DNA from: Sphaerodactylus townsendi
Taxonomy: Eukaryota
DNA length: 64,000 nucleotides
NCBI RefSeq assembly: GCF_021028975.2
Contig: NC_059430.1
Location: 3,906,001-3,970,000 of the forward strand
Direction: 5' to 3'
A model generated the notes under the pieces. The model was given only the letters and a program-made list of their open reading frames with translations, did not search any database and was not told the origin of the DNA. The stretch's first letter is position 1. Every line of letters begins with the position of its first letter. This document shows, in pieces, positions 21,806 to 33,298 of the stretch. The position numbers and the translations under genes are program-made.

Positions 21806-22780
21806 CTAACTTAGAGACTGAGGGTGTTCACACTTCCTCCAGCTTTCCGCTGCCTTCTTGAGGGCCCCCTTCACCTCCTTGTTGCGGAGGCTGTAAATGA
21901 GGGGGTTCAACATCGGGGTGATTACGCAGAACATGACAGAGACCAAAGTGCCTGTCGCCAAGGAGTAACCAGTGCTTGGCCCCTGATAGTTCAATAACGC
22001 ATTTCCATAGTAAATGAAGACAACAGTGAGGTGAGACGCACAAGTGGAAAAGGCTTTGCGCTTGCCTGTCGTGGAACGAATCCTCAAGATGGAGGACAGG
22101 ATGAAGACGTATGAGAAAATGGTGAACGCAAAGGGCCCCCCACCCATAAAAAGTCCTGCTACGTGGTCTACCACTTCATTGATGTGTGCATCATTGCAAG
22201 CCATTTTCATCAGTGGAGGGAGATCGCAGAAGATGTGATGAATCTGGTTGACTCCACAGAACTCCAGCCTGGTGCTTAGAGCTGTGTGTAGAACAGAGTT
22301 TAAGAAGCCCCAGACCCAAGTGGCAAAGGCCAGTATTGTACACACCTTGGTGTTCATGAGGTGGGAGTAATGTAGAGGTTTACAGATGGCGGCATAGCGG
22401 TCGTAGGCCATGACAGCCAGAAGTGCAGTCTCTGCCCCTGTGAAAGACATCAGGAAGAACATCTGGGCCATGCACTGGTTGTAGGAGATGGTCTGTTGCT
22501 GGCGCAAAAAGTTCACCACCATCTTAGGGACGGTGACTGAGGAGAGGCAAATATCTAAGGAAGAGAGATGGCTGAGGAAATAATACATGTGACTGTGGAG
22601 ACTGGGATCCAGTTGAATCACAATCACTATCATGAGGTTCCCCAGCACCGTGACCAAGTAGATGGCCAAGAATGCCAAGGCGAGAAACGTCTGACCATAC
22701 AGAATTCCAGAGAACCCCAGGAAGACAAATTCCACCACCTGCGTCTGATTCCTGATTCCCATGGAGAGCTCAAAACTCAT
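21806..22780 (-). CDS. Olfactory receptor (class II), intact, 324 aa (OR1 in this report)
   Basis: N-glycosylation site NQT, GN, LHSHMYYFL, MAYDRYAAICKPLHY, HIFCD, KAFSTCASHL, PMLNPLIYSLRN. Confidence 0.97.
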   Translation of the reverse strand: MSFELSMGIRNQTQVVEFVFLGFSGILYGQTFLALAFLAIYLVTVLGNLMIVIVIQLDPSLHSHMYYFLSHLSSLDICLSSVTVPKMVVNFLRQQQTISYNQCMAQMFFLMSFTGAETALLAVMAYDRYAAICKPLHYSHLMNTKVCTILAFATWVWGFLNSVLHTALSTRLEFCGVNQIHHIFCDLPPLMKMACNDAHINEVVDHVAGLFMGGGPFAFTIFSYVFILSSILRIRSTTGKRKAFSTCASHLTVVFIYYGNALLNYQGPSTGYSLATGTLVSVMFCVITPMLNPLIYSLRNKEVKGALKKAAESWRKCEHPQSLS

Positions 22781-22814
22781 CTGTAAAGGGAAAATAATTG
22801 AACAAGAGAGAAGA

Positions 22815-23280
22815 ATTCAAGAAGGATATTGACAATCTGGAGCAGGTGCAGAGGAGGGCAGCCCAAATGGTATAAGGTCAGGAATCCATGTCCTTTTTGG
22901 AGAGATTTAGGGACCTGGGTATGTTTGCTTTGGAAAGAGAAGGTTAAATGGTGACCTGATAGCCATGTTTAAATATTTGAAGGGATGTCATGTTGAAGAA
23001 GGAGCAAGCTTCTTTTCTGCAGCTCCAGGGAGTAGGACCAGGAGTCATGGATACAAAATATAAGGAAAGAGATTCCACCAAACAGTAGGAAGAACTTCTT
23101 GACTGTCAGGGCTATTCGACAGTGGAATCCACTGCCTCGGAGTGTGGTGGAGTCTCCTTTGGAGGTTTTTAAACAAAGGCTGGTTGGCCATATGTTGGGA
23201 GTGCTTGATTATGTGTTCTTGCTTGGCAGGGGGTTGGATTGGATGACCTTTGTGGTCTCTTCCAATTCTGTAATTCTGAG
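22815..23280 (+). mobile_element. Older CR1-family 3' fragment in the OR1 intron (paralog 38535-38977)
   Basis: Degenerate LEQVQRRA / WNPLP coding remnants and an ATTCTGT-type tail. Confidence 0.75.
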
Positions 23281-23625
23281 TCGAACATATCTTGCATGAG
23301 CAGTGAATTTGGGATACTACCAAACAGTCTGAAGCTCACTGAAGTCATTTAGAAGAAGTGGGGTTCATGTAAGAGTGCCCCAGATAGATCTTGGATTTGC
23401 TTCTTTTTAATGATCTCTCTCCTCCTTACTCAACTGAAACTGGTCTCTGCAGCACCCCAGGTAATCATCTCAGTGCCAAAGAGGCAGGCTCTCTTCTCTA
23501 ACCTCCACTCCCCGGATCTGTGTGCTGCCTTTTACACGTCTGACCTCTCCTTTGCTTTTTGAGTAGGGTTTTCTTGACTCTTTGCTCAGTTGGGTCCCTT
23601 TTTTAAAACTGGTCAGGCTCTCTAA

Positions 23626-23766
23626 GGCTCATTCTGCACATGCAGAATAATGCACTTTCAAACTGCTTTTAGTGCTCTTTGAAGCTGTGCGGAATAGCAA
23701 AATCCACTTGCAAACAGTTGTGAAAGTGGTTTGAAAATGCATTATTTTGCGTGTGTGGAAGGGGCC
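23626..23766. mobile_element. Harbinger-type 141-bp MITE
   Basis: TIR-like GGCTCATTCTGCACA...GTGTGGAAGGGGCC; near-identical to 25975-26115. Confidence 0.75.
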
Positions 23767-24584
23767 TGAGTTCCATGGAAGAATGATGAGATCAAATGTT
23801 AGGCTGGGAGAAGAAAGATGGCCTTAGTTCACCCTCCAGACCTTATGTCTGACTATCTGGATTCAGGAATCCTAGGTCATCCCAAAGGAGTCATCTCTCT
23901 CCCTCCCTCCCATCCAAAGGAAACCTAAACAGCATCCCTGCATCTGTTGATGGTCATTTCTTCCACCTTCTTCTCCCTGTCCTCCCTTCTCCCAGCTCCC
24001 TTTTCTCACCTTCCCCAGTGCTGATGTGTTGATTGAGATTATCCTTGGAATAGGATTCGATGGTGGTGAGTTCTGCTTGCTTTACTTTGGAAAGCACAAG
24101 AGCACTATAAGCTATTTATAAGCAAATCACTGTGTATTACTGTGATTTTATTCAAACTGTCCTGATTGCACCGATTCAAGCTGCCAAACTGGAAAAGACA
24201 CTCACTGCTGTTGTTCATCATTCTAGGAAAATATATCCAGGCAGCCCCCCCCCCCCCGCCGCCGCAATACTCTGGGAACATCAGGACACATTTTACTTAA
24301 TGCTTCACAAATCAACAAGCATATTCAGTGAAGAAAAAATGCCGACTACTGTATGATTTGGAGGATCGTGTTTCCTTGCGGCTAAGGATTCCCTGGGCAA
24401 CTGACACCCACCTAACATTCTTCTGTTTAACTTGAGGGGCAAGTCAGAAGATTATTCTGAAAGGTCAGAAGAAAACCCAGGAGGCTGACCATTGAATGCC
24501 AGGCTGGTTTTAAACATTTCTTTGTAAATTAAATCAGGGATTTACCCCACTGAAAAAGGTAACTGGTTGAAGTACAAATTACCC

Positions 24585-25000
24585 ACCTTTGCTGCTCCCC
24601 TTTGCACATGGATGACAAGTGAAGGCTGGGTCCCTCCTCCTCCTCCTCCTCCTCCTCCTCCTCCTCCTCCTCCTCAAGTCTGTCCATTATTTTTCATCCT
24701 GTCTTCAAGATGGGAACAACTTAGCCTTGAGTTTTCAGGAGATTCGTGCATGGTAGCCCCTAGACACGGAATGTACTCTAGGAAGCCTCTTTCCTGCTCC
24801 AGCGTGAAGTCTCCGATGCCCTGGAGCAGCCAGAGGTATTCAAAGCTGGTGCTGCCCTGAGGGCCTAATCGTGTTCGTGGGCTGAGGGCCTTGGGGATGC
24901 TCCTGGATTGGAAGCCCTCAGGGAGGGAGGAGCCCAGAGCTGGAAGCTCAGAGAATTGGGACGGATTGCCTCTGCTCTCATCAGCATGTTTGTCAAAGAG
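24585..25000 (-). promoter_or_regulatory. Conserved upstream block of the OR genes, putative 5' UTR exon ending at a splice donor (paralogs 33659-33980, 40648-41000, 51910-52255)
   Basis: Present once upstream of each OR; equivalent donors AAG|GTGGGT or AAG|GTGAGC; each coding exon is preceded by a polypyrimidine tract and CAG. Confidence 0.5.
24634..24675. repeat. (CTC)14 microsatellite
   Basis: Pure triplet run, not expanded in the paralog near 40685. Confidence 0.95.
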
Positions 25001-25136
25001 TTCTTCTAAAACCAAAGCCTGGATGTGCATCATATAAAGGAATGGACTCTAGAATGTGCCAGCCCTTATAAATGATTTTTTAAAAATGTCTCTAGCCAAA
25101 GGTGTGTAACTGACAATGGGAAAATTCTATTAGTAC

Positions 25137-25605
25137 TGGAATATGCTGCCACAGGAGGTGGTGATGGCCACTAACCTGGATAGCTTTAAAAGGGGCTTGG
25201 ACAGATTTATGGAGGAGAAGTCGATTTATGGCTACCAATCTTGATCCTCCTTGATCTCAGATTGCAAATGCCTTAGCAGACCAGGTGCTCAGGAGCAGCA
25301 GCCGCAGAAGGCCATTGCGTTCACATCCTACATGTGAGCTCCCAAAGGCACCTGGTGGGCCACTGAGAGTAGCAGAGAGCTGGACTAGATGGACTCTGGT
25401 CTGATCCAGCTGGCTCGTTCTTATGTTCTTATGTTCTTAAATGCCTTAGCAGACCAGGTGCTCAGGAGCAACAGCAGCAGAAGGCCATTGCTTTCCCATC
25501 CTGCATGTGAGCTCCCAAAGGCACCTGGTGGGCCACTGCGAGGAGCAGAGTGCTGGACTAGATGGGCTCTGGTCTGATCCAGCTGGCTTGTTCTTATGTT
25601 CCTAA
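25137..25605 (+). mobile_element. Young CR1 3' fragment with tandemly duplicated 3' UTR
   Basis: ORF2 end (EEKSIYGYQS), UTR and (TTCTTATG)n tail, then UTR repeated at about 25438-25603; empty site near 41170. Confidence 0.9.
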
Positions 25606-25974
25606 TAAGTTTCCTCTGCAAGGAGTCGAGAATGTGGAGAAATGGGAGAAAAGATTACATAGAATGAACTTACTGCTGTTTGTTTGATAAAACTATGAAA
25701 AAATATAGGGGGGAGGGGGAAAAAGGGGGAAAATGTATTGTTTGAAAACGAATGAAGAAAAGCATTAATATAAAATGTAATATTCAAATGATACAATAAA
25801 AATTATTTTTAAAAAAGAGAATGTGGAGCCATTGGAGCCTATGTGCTGTATTTTTGATGACTGGATCTGGGTAACAATTGTCTATGCAAGCTATTGGCAG
25901 TTTGAATTTAATCTATAGTGGCTGAAGAATTTCTTTTAAGGTGCAAGAATTGCCAAAAGGAAGAGTCACTCTAA

Positions 25975-26115
25975 GGCTCCTTCCGCACCTGCAGAATAAT
26001 GCACTTTCAAACTGCTTTCAGTGCTCTTTAAAGCTGTGCGGAATGGCAAAAACCACTTGCAAACAGTTGTGAAAGTGGTTTGAAAACGCATTATTTTGCA
26101 TGTGCGGAAGGGGCC
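25975..26115. mobile_element. Harbinger-type 141-bp MITE
   Basis: TIRs GGCTCCTTCCGCAC / GTGCGGAAGGGGCC; flanks TAA and TTA. Confidence 0.8.
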
Positions 26116-26809
26116 TTAGATGCATTTCAGAAAGAATATAGACGTTCAAGCATAACGGGACACTTGAAATACTCTGGATACTCGGTGCGTGAACTCACTA
26201 TTTGAATACCCTGAAAGAAACTTCCAATAACCACTCAGGAACTATTCTAATTGTAATACCAAGAAAGTAATTTACATAATTCCACATCCCTGTAGATATC
26301 TGTACATAGGTGCCAGTAGACTCAGAATTCGTATCAGAATTTCAATATTTTAAAAAATAGATTTTCTGTTAAGTCATTTTACACAAATGGGACACACAAT
26401 TTTTTTAATCTGACAGTTCCAACCAGATAATGATAATTATTCTGATACACATTATATTTTATTACACAAGAAACCAGACTTATTCATTTACTTGACACAG
26501 TTCATCCACGTGGACTCAATCCAACTAATGACCTTTCATGTTTTCTGTAATAGTGATCTAAGAGAATACAGGATTTAACTAAATGCACTGCTAATTATTT
26601 TTTATGGGATATAGACTTACTATTGTGCTTAAGTATATTTAGGATCAGCTCAACTGATATATAAGGAATAGGATTTCTTATATACCTGTTTGAAACGGAG
26701 TACATTTGTAGTTTTTCAACTGTATAACTTCTTGAGATGCGATTCTCTCATTGAATGCCTTCAGTTATGGTGTGGTGTTTGAAGGGTGTTTTGTGTACTA
26801 CATGTACAG

Positions 26810-27464
26810 CCAAGGCGAAGCTACCAGGGGACTGGGGGTGTGTGCATTGCACCGGCAAAAATTGCAGGTTTGTTTGTGGAGGGGGGGGGTTGCTATTTTT
26901 TAGTGTTTTTTTCAGTTTTTGGCTTGCCAGGGATGCAGATTTTAGGCTAGCAGTACAAAATTTCAGAGATTTTTTTGGAGACTCTCCTGATGATACCACC
27001 CAAGTTAGGTGAGGTGTGGTTCAGAGAGTCCAAAGTTATGCACTCCCAAAGAGGGTGCTCCATCCCCCATTGTTTCCAATGGCAGCTAATAGGAGATGGA
27101 GGCTACACATTTGAGGGTCCATAACTTTCGACAACCTAAACGAAACTTCACCAAACCTAGGTGATATCATCAGGAGAGTTAACAATTGCATGCCTGACAG
27201 CAGGCACCCTCCAAATTTCCCCAGATTCTTCGGCATGGATTTAAAGGGAGAATCTGAGGTCCCCAGAATCCACTCCAAAACACCATCACTTTCAATGTTG
27301 TTTTAGCTGGGGACCCCAGATTCTCCCTTTAAGGTGGATTTAAAAGGAGAATCTGGGCTCCCTAGCTTAAACACCATTGAAAGTAATGCTGTTTTTTGGG
27401 GGGGGAGGGCGTGTGCAAAACTCAGATTTTGCACCGGGCTCCATTTTCCCTAGCTATGCCTCTG
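26810..27464. mobile_element. hAT-type non-autonomous element (paralog 42506-43234)
   Basis: 8-bp TSD ATGTACAG; TIR CAGAGGCG(A/T)AGCTA; shared by both duplication units. Confidence 0.8.
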
Positions 27465-28269
27465 ATGTACAGATGTTTTGCAGTTTGTATATTGTTTCTT
27501 CATTATGGTAAGTCTCCTTCTTAATGAAGCTTTATTCCCAGCATTGTAAAATTCTGATATTCATTTTAATGATCTTTTTTGGAGAGCAAGACGGATGAAA
27601 TCTGAATGAAATTGGGCTTCACAGGACCCTCCTCTCTTGCATGTTTCCTGCACGTCAGCTTCATCGAAGTCTAAAGCCCATTTGTTTTGCGGATTTCTCA
27701 TTGTGACTGAAACCTTTTAACAAGGAGTAAAAACAGTGTTGCTTATTGTAAGTGCTGTTTATCTAGTGGTCCTCTGTGCAGTCCCATATGGAACTGTGTT
27801 GAGCAGGCCAGCTGCGGAACTTTTTTGCTAGAAATTTAAACTTTAGGTCGCTTATTGGGTATTCCCCTCTCCTACTCACAGCCTGGACTAGCCCAGGCCC
27901 ACCCAGGTCATGTGACTGGAGAGTAGGGGTGCTCCCTTCCATTTCCCCCTTTTCCCTGTGAGCTCTAGCCCACGAACCTTTAGTGCTCCCTCTTGTGTCA
28001 AACCCCACCCCGCTGGGTCTTGCCATGCTCATCCAGGGGAGTCCAGGAGACTGGAGCACCAAAGAATCCCTGCTTTTGCTTATGCTTTGTTTATAGACAG
28101 GTAGTGATGGATTGTTCCAGCCTAGCCAGACAGCACTTGCTCCTGATCTGGGCTCTTGCCTTGGAAACCAGTTGCATAACCTGAGAATGCTTTCACTTTT
28201 GGGGAAGACCATTAGGGGAGGGGGAATATAGACTGCTGCTTTGTGTGTGATTCTTAAATTCAGCAAAGA

Positions 28270-28365
28270 TCTTCTGAAGATGCCAGCCACAGATGCAGGC
28301 AAAACATCAGGAAAAAATGCTACAAGAACACAGCCATACAGCCCGGAAACCGCACAACACCCCAC
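28270..28365 (+). mobile_element. Penelope-like element terminal fragment with decayed hammerhead motif (paralog about 44042-44125)
   Basis: CTGAAGA-TGCC..GGC-AAAAC-ATC-AGGA followed by a GCCATACAGCCCGGAAAC-type end. Confidence 0.6.
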
Positions 28366-29965
28366 TAACAAGAATCTTTGTGGGAAGTGCTGTAGAGAAG
28401 TGGGCACCTTCTCCCTCCAGTGATGGAACTGTGGGAAAGCAAAGAAATTCTGGAATGGGATTAATGAAGAAATTTCTTTTCTTTTAGATAGATCATCAGA
28501 TAAAGAAGTCAGAATATTATTTAGATATTTATCAATTGCAGCAAGAATCATATGTGCCAAGAAATGGAAGACAGAAGCAATGCAGCACCCCCAATTCTGC
28601 TGCTCTCCTTCCTCCTCAGTGAGCGTCTTTTCTGCTGCTGGATGGTCCAGCACCTTTCTGAAAACCCTGCACTGAGCGCGGGGGAGAGTGAGGCAGTGGG
28701 GAAGCCCGGGGGTGAGTGCGGGTTTGAATTTCCTGCCGCACATAGTGACGTGGCCCCTCCCATCCAATCAGGCCACAGCTGGGCGTGCGCGATGCGTGCA
28801 CAGCCTTTTCTTCTGCCATTTTTTTACAAGGGAATCCCACAACTGCACGTTGCTTCGCAAAGACGCCTAATCCTGATTATCCAAAAGCCGCCCAAGGCTC
28901 CCTCCGGATCTCCGGATCTCTCTCTCGTGGTCCCCTTTTTGCATCTCATTCTTTGGGATGCAGAAAGATGCTGCCATCTCCAGCATCCCTCTGGCTCTCT
29001 GGCCTGCCACTCACCTCTGGCTGAGGCTCCACCGGTGCACTGGAGACCTTCATGCCATGCAGCCAGCCCCTGGAATGCCTCTTTGTTTTATGCTCCTGGT
29101 CCCCCCTTCCCTTATGCTTCCCCTTCCCCCCCTCATTCCCCCCATTTGGGAGGGGGCTCGTGCACCATTCAATGGCATATTACAGGAGAGACCTGCAGAT
29201 CTGCAACATTTTATTATTGCTAGTCCAGCTGATAGAGTTAAGGTGGGCAGGAGAGAGAGGGAAGGGGGGAGAGTGAGAGTGAGAGAGCGAGGTGAGCAAG
29301 TGGAAACCCAGCACACAGGCAACCTCACTGAAAACAGAGAAAGTGGTAACCAAAACAAGGGCGAATTGAACGCTCCTCGGGGATTTCCAATGCAATCGCA
29401 CCATTTGGATGTTCGAGAGCAACATCCGGGCAAAGGGGGGGCGGTGTGGTTGTGGTGATGGTGTGCAGGGTGCGTGCAAGCTTCTGGCCAGAGACTCATG
29501 ATGACCATTTAGACTATGGCTCTCTCTCCACATTTGTGAGTGTGTCTATAGGCTCCCTCTCCCTCTCTAGGTTTAAAAATATCTATCTATCTATCCCCAT
29601 GCACCGGCGTGTTTACATTAACACAACTCCCCCCAGCCCCTCCCTCCTGTTCATAATTCTTCTCTGAAGAACATAAGGAGGAATGGGAGATGGAGAGCCC
29701 AGAGACGAGGCTGCTCTCCAGGTGACACCATTTTAAAAAAGGGGAAAGGCACTGGAAAAATTTGCAATGACAACTGTGCGTCTCGACGTTTCGTCATAAA
29801 TTTGGGAGGGTTTTTAAAAAGAAAGTTCTGCCCCCAAACTGGCGCCAATCAGAACAGAGAACCACCCTGCCGATCACCACTGAATGCGCGGTTGTGGGGC
29901 TTGTTGCCCGTCAAAAGCCCACGGCGGCCGCGAGGCTTCCTAGAGGGACAAGCTGCGGTGGGGAG

Positions 29966-30067
29966 TCATAAGAACATAAGAACATAAGAACAAGCCAGCT
30001 GGATCAGACCATGTAGTCCAGCTCTCTGCTACTCGCAGTGGCCCACCAGGTGCCTTTGGGAGTTCAC
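29966..30067 (-). mobile_element. Young CR1 3' tail fragment
   Basis: (CATAAGAA)n tail plus reverse-complement 3' UTR. Confidence 0.85.
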
Positions 30068-30347
30068 GGGCCTTTCCCCACTCTCGTCATTCCCCTCTAT
30101 GCTGCGTGCTGCTCCCAGCGCGCAGTATCACAGGCGCGCGCCCGGCCGTTCCCACGACCCCGCGCTCTGCGCGGGACCATCAAAAGGCACCGTTAAGAAG
30201 TGCGCCTGGGATGCTGTGCGCTGAGGGGTGCGACAGCAGCAGCTTCGGGGTGGCTGCGCTGCCGCCGCCCCTCTCAGTGGGGAGTGCTGAGGGACTGCGC
30301 TACTCTCCTCGAGTAGCGCGGGGCTTAAGGTAAGTGGGGAAAGGCCC
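30068..30347. mobile_element. Harbinger-type MITE
   Basis: Perfect 15-bp TIR GGGCCTTTCCCCACT; 3-bp TSD CAC. Confidence 0.8.
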
Positions 30348-30911
30348 CACGAGTCAGACCTTGCACCCAAAAGCTGCGATTCAAAGGAGCACGGTTTGCC
30401 TCAGAATTATTTTTTAAAGTGGGGAAACGCCCCCAATCAGCACACAATTTGCTTTCTTGGGGTTTATTTGCTCCTGCCCTTCCCCCATCTTCCCCCAAGT
30501 GGTTTTTCCCACTCTCTGGGCCAGCATTTTGGAGCAATTAGATGGGTCTTCCTTAACAAAATTTAAACACCTTGATCTATTGCTTGAGCAATAGATCCTT
30601 GAAACTGACATGAGACTTATGTAGCAAAGTAATATTAGAGCACAGATGCTCCCCCCCCCCAAATGCAACAAGAATGACCAAGAAAGCGGTGGATGAGCAA
30701 AATGGGGGCTCAGCTGGAAACATGTCAAAGTAGGAAATTCCTGTTTAAACAAAAAAGCATGGAGGAAAACCACTGCAGAATAAACAGCTGCACAGGAAGC
30801 AGCTGGTTTATAAATGGCTTATGACTTCCTTACTACTTTACTATGTCCCACTACAGCAAAGTAAAAAATCCAGTTAATCACAGAGTTCACACAGTTCTGG
30901 AGAAACTTGCC

Positions 30912-31842
30912 CTAACTTCTAGAGTGACAGTGTCCAGGTGGCCCCCAGCTTTCCACTGCCTTCTTCAGGGCCTCTTTCACCTCCTTGTTGCGGAGGCTGT
31001 AAACGATGGGGTTCAGCATTGGGGTGATTACACAGAACATAATGGAGACCAAAGTGCCAGTCGCCAAGGAGTAACCAGCACGTGGCCTCTGATAGTTCAG
31101 TAGTGCGTTCCCATAGTAAATGAAGACAACCGTGAGGTGAGACGCACAAGTGGAAAAGGCTTTGTGCTTGCCAGTAGTGGAACGAATCTTCAAGATGGAG
31201 GACAGGATGAAAACGTATGAGAAAATAATGACCAGGAGGGGCCCCACACCCATAAAAAGTCCTGATATGTGATCTGCCACTTCATTGATGTGTGCATCAT
31301 TGCAAGCAATTTTCATCAGTGGAGGAAGATCACAGAAGATGTGATGAATCTGGTTGACTCCACAGAACTCCAACCTGGTGTTTAGAGCTGTTAAAAGAGC
31401 GGAGTCTAGAAAACCCCAGATCCAAGTGGCAACGGCCAGTATGGTGCACACCTTGGTGTTTATGAGGCGGGAGTAATGCAGAGGTTTACAGATGGCCAGC
31501 AGGCCACCCTCTGCTCCCATGAAAGAGATGAGGAAGAACATCTGGGCCATGCACTCGTTGTAGGAGATGGTCTGTTGCTGGTGCAAGAAGTTCACCAGGA
31601 TTTGGGGGACGGTGACCGAGGAGATGCAAATATCTAAGCAGGAGAGATGGCTGAGGAAATAATACATGGGGGTGTGGAGACTGGAGTCCAGTTGAATCAT
31701 AATACATATCGTGAGGTTCCCCAGTACAGTGACCAAGTAGAATGGCTAGGAACACCAAGAAGAGGTAGACGTGGCCGTTCGGAATGCCTGAGAAACCCAG
31801 GAGGACAAATTCCACCACTTGTGTTTGATTCTTGATTCCCAT
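30912..31842 (-). pseudogene. Olfactory receptor pseudogene (OR2; paralog of 45243-46199)
   Basis: +1 insertion at about 31741 in TM1 and a 27-bp deletion near 31496 removing VMAYDRYAA. Confidence 0.93.
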
Positions 31843-31897
31843 TGAGAGCTGAGAACTGACCTGTAAGGGGAAAATAATCGACTGAGATAAGAAATCC

Positions 31898-32492
31898 TAC
31901 CCTGAAAATAAGCCCTAGCATGATTTTTTGGGATTTTTTGGAGGATGCTTGAAATATAAGCCCTACTCCAAAAACAAGCCCCAGTTATAGATTCCCCAGT
32001 GCAGTTGATCTGGTCATGTGGGGGGGCGGGATGCAAAATCATGGGGGGGGGAAATAAGACATAAAAAAGGAAACACTTCTTCACGCAACGTGTGATTGGT
32101 GTTTGGAACATGCTGCCACAGGAGGTGGTGATGGCCACTAACCTGGATAGCTTTAAAAAGGGCTTGGACAGATTTATGGAGGAGAAGTCGATCTATGGCT
32201 ACCAATCTTGACCCTCCTTGATCTCAGATTGCAAATGCCTTAGCAGACCAGGTGCTCAGGAGCAGCAGCAGCAGCAGGCCATTGCTTTCACCTCCTGCAC
32301 GTGAGCTCCCAAAGGCACCTGGTGGGCCACTGCGAGTAGCAGAGTGCTGGACTGGATGGACTCTGGTCTGATCCAACAGGCTAGTTCCTATGTTCTTATG
32401 TTCTTATGACATCCCCTGAAAATAAGCCCCAACACATCTTTTGGAGCAAAAATTAATATAAGACCCTGTCTTATTTTCGGGGAAATACGGTA
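31898..32492. mobile_element. Tc1/mariner (Tigger-like) MITE remnant interrupted by a young CR1 3' fragment (about 32062-32408, +)
   Basis: Repeated AAAATAAGCCC motifs, terminus TTTTCGGGGAAATACGG-TA; nested CR1 ends in (TTCTTATG)n. Confidence 0.6.
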
Positions 32493-32840
32493 TATCCCAC
32501 ATTGTTAATCAATATGAAGATTTTGTATTATAATTTAAAGAATATTATACATTGTTTCCCGACAGGAAGATTTTGATCAGTAGATTATATAATTAAAATG
32601 CAGGTTCTTTATGAGGAAGTGTTTCCCAGTTGATTTGCCAGCCTCGACACAGTTTTTTAAAAAAATTTCGTATTACTGTGGGTTGCCCTCCAATTTGATG
32701 TCCTTGGAACTGTCCTCAGGACCAGTAGGTGGGGCATTCTGCTTACTTTACTTTGGAAAGCACAAGGGCATCATAAGCAAATAATAACTGTGTATTATTT
32801 TATCGAGGGACGATCTTGATGGCATAAATTCAAGCTGCCA

Positions 32841-33298
32841 AATAGAATAGAATAGAATAGAATAGAATAGAATAGAATAGAATAGAATAGAATAGAATAG
32901 AATAGAATAGAATCTTTATTGGCCAAGTGTGATTGGACACACAAGGAATTTGTCTCCGGTGCATATGCTCTCAGTGTACATAAAAGAAAATACATTTGTC
33001 AAGAATCATAAGGTTCAGCACTTAATGATTGTCATATAGGTCTAGTAAGCAATAAGGAAACAATCAATAGTAATAAAAACATAAAATGTAAAATCATAAA
33101 ATAAAATGAAATGTCAGCACAGGCTATAGTCATACAGTCATAATTGGGAGGAGATGGGTAATAGGAATGATGAAAAAAGTAGTGCAGTAATTATATAATA
33201 AATATATAATAAATAGTTTAACATTATCGAGGGAATTATTTGTTTAACAGAGTGATGGCATTCGGGAAAAAACTGTTCTTATGTCTAGTTGTCTTGGC
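32841..33298 (-). mobile_element. Rex1/Babar-type LINE 3' fragment with (CTATT)n tail
   Basis: Minus strand encodes RHKNSFFPNAITLLN; (AATAG)n at 32841-32893; empty paralogous site near 51675. Confidence 0.65.

Noticed and set aside
24674-25033. 119-aa ORF sharing SQFSELPA and YLWLLQGIGDF with 52047-52250
   Set aside because: Similarity reflects paralogous DNA; frames shift between copies and the other two units lack the ORF
27763-28767. 334-aa minus-strand ORF
   Set aside because: Runs across unrelated repeat fragments, has no recognisable domain, and the frame is not preserved in the unit B paralog
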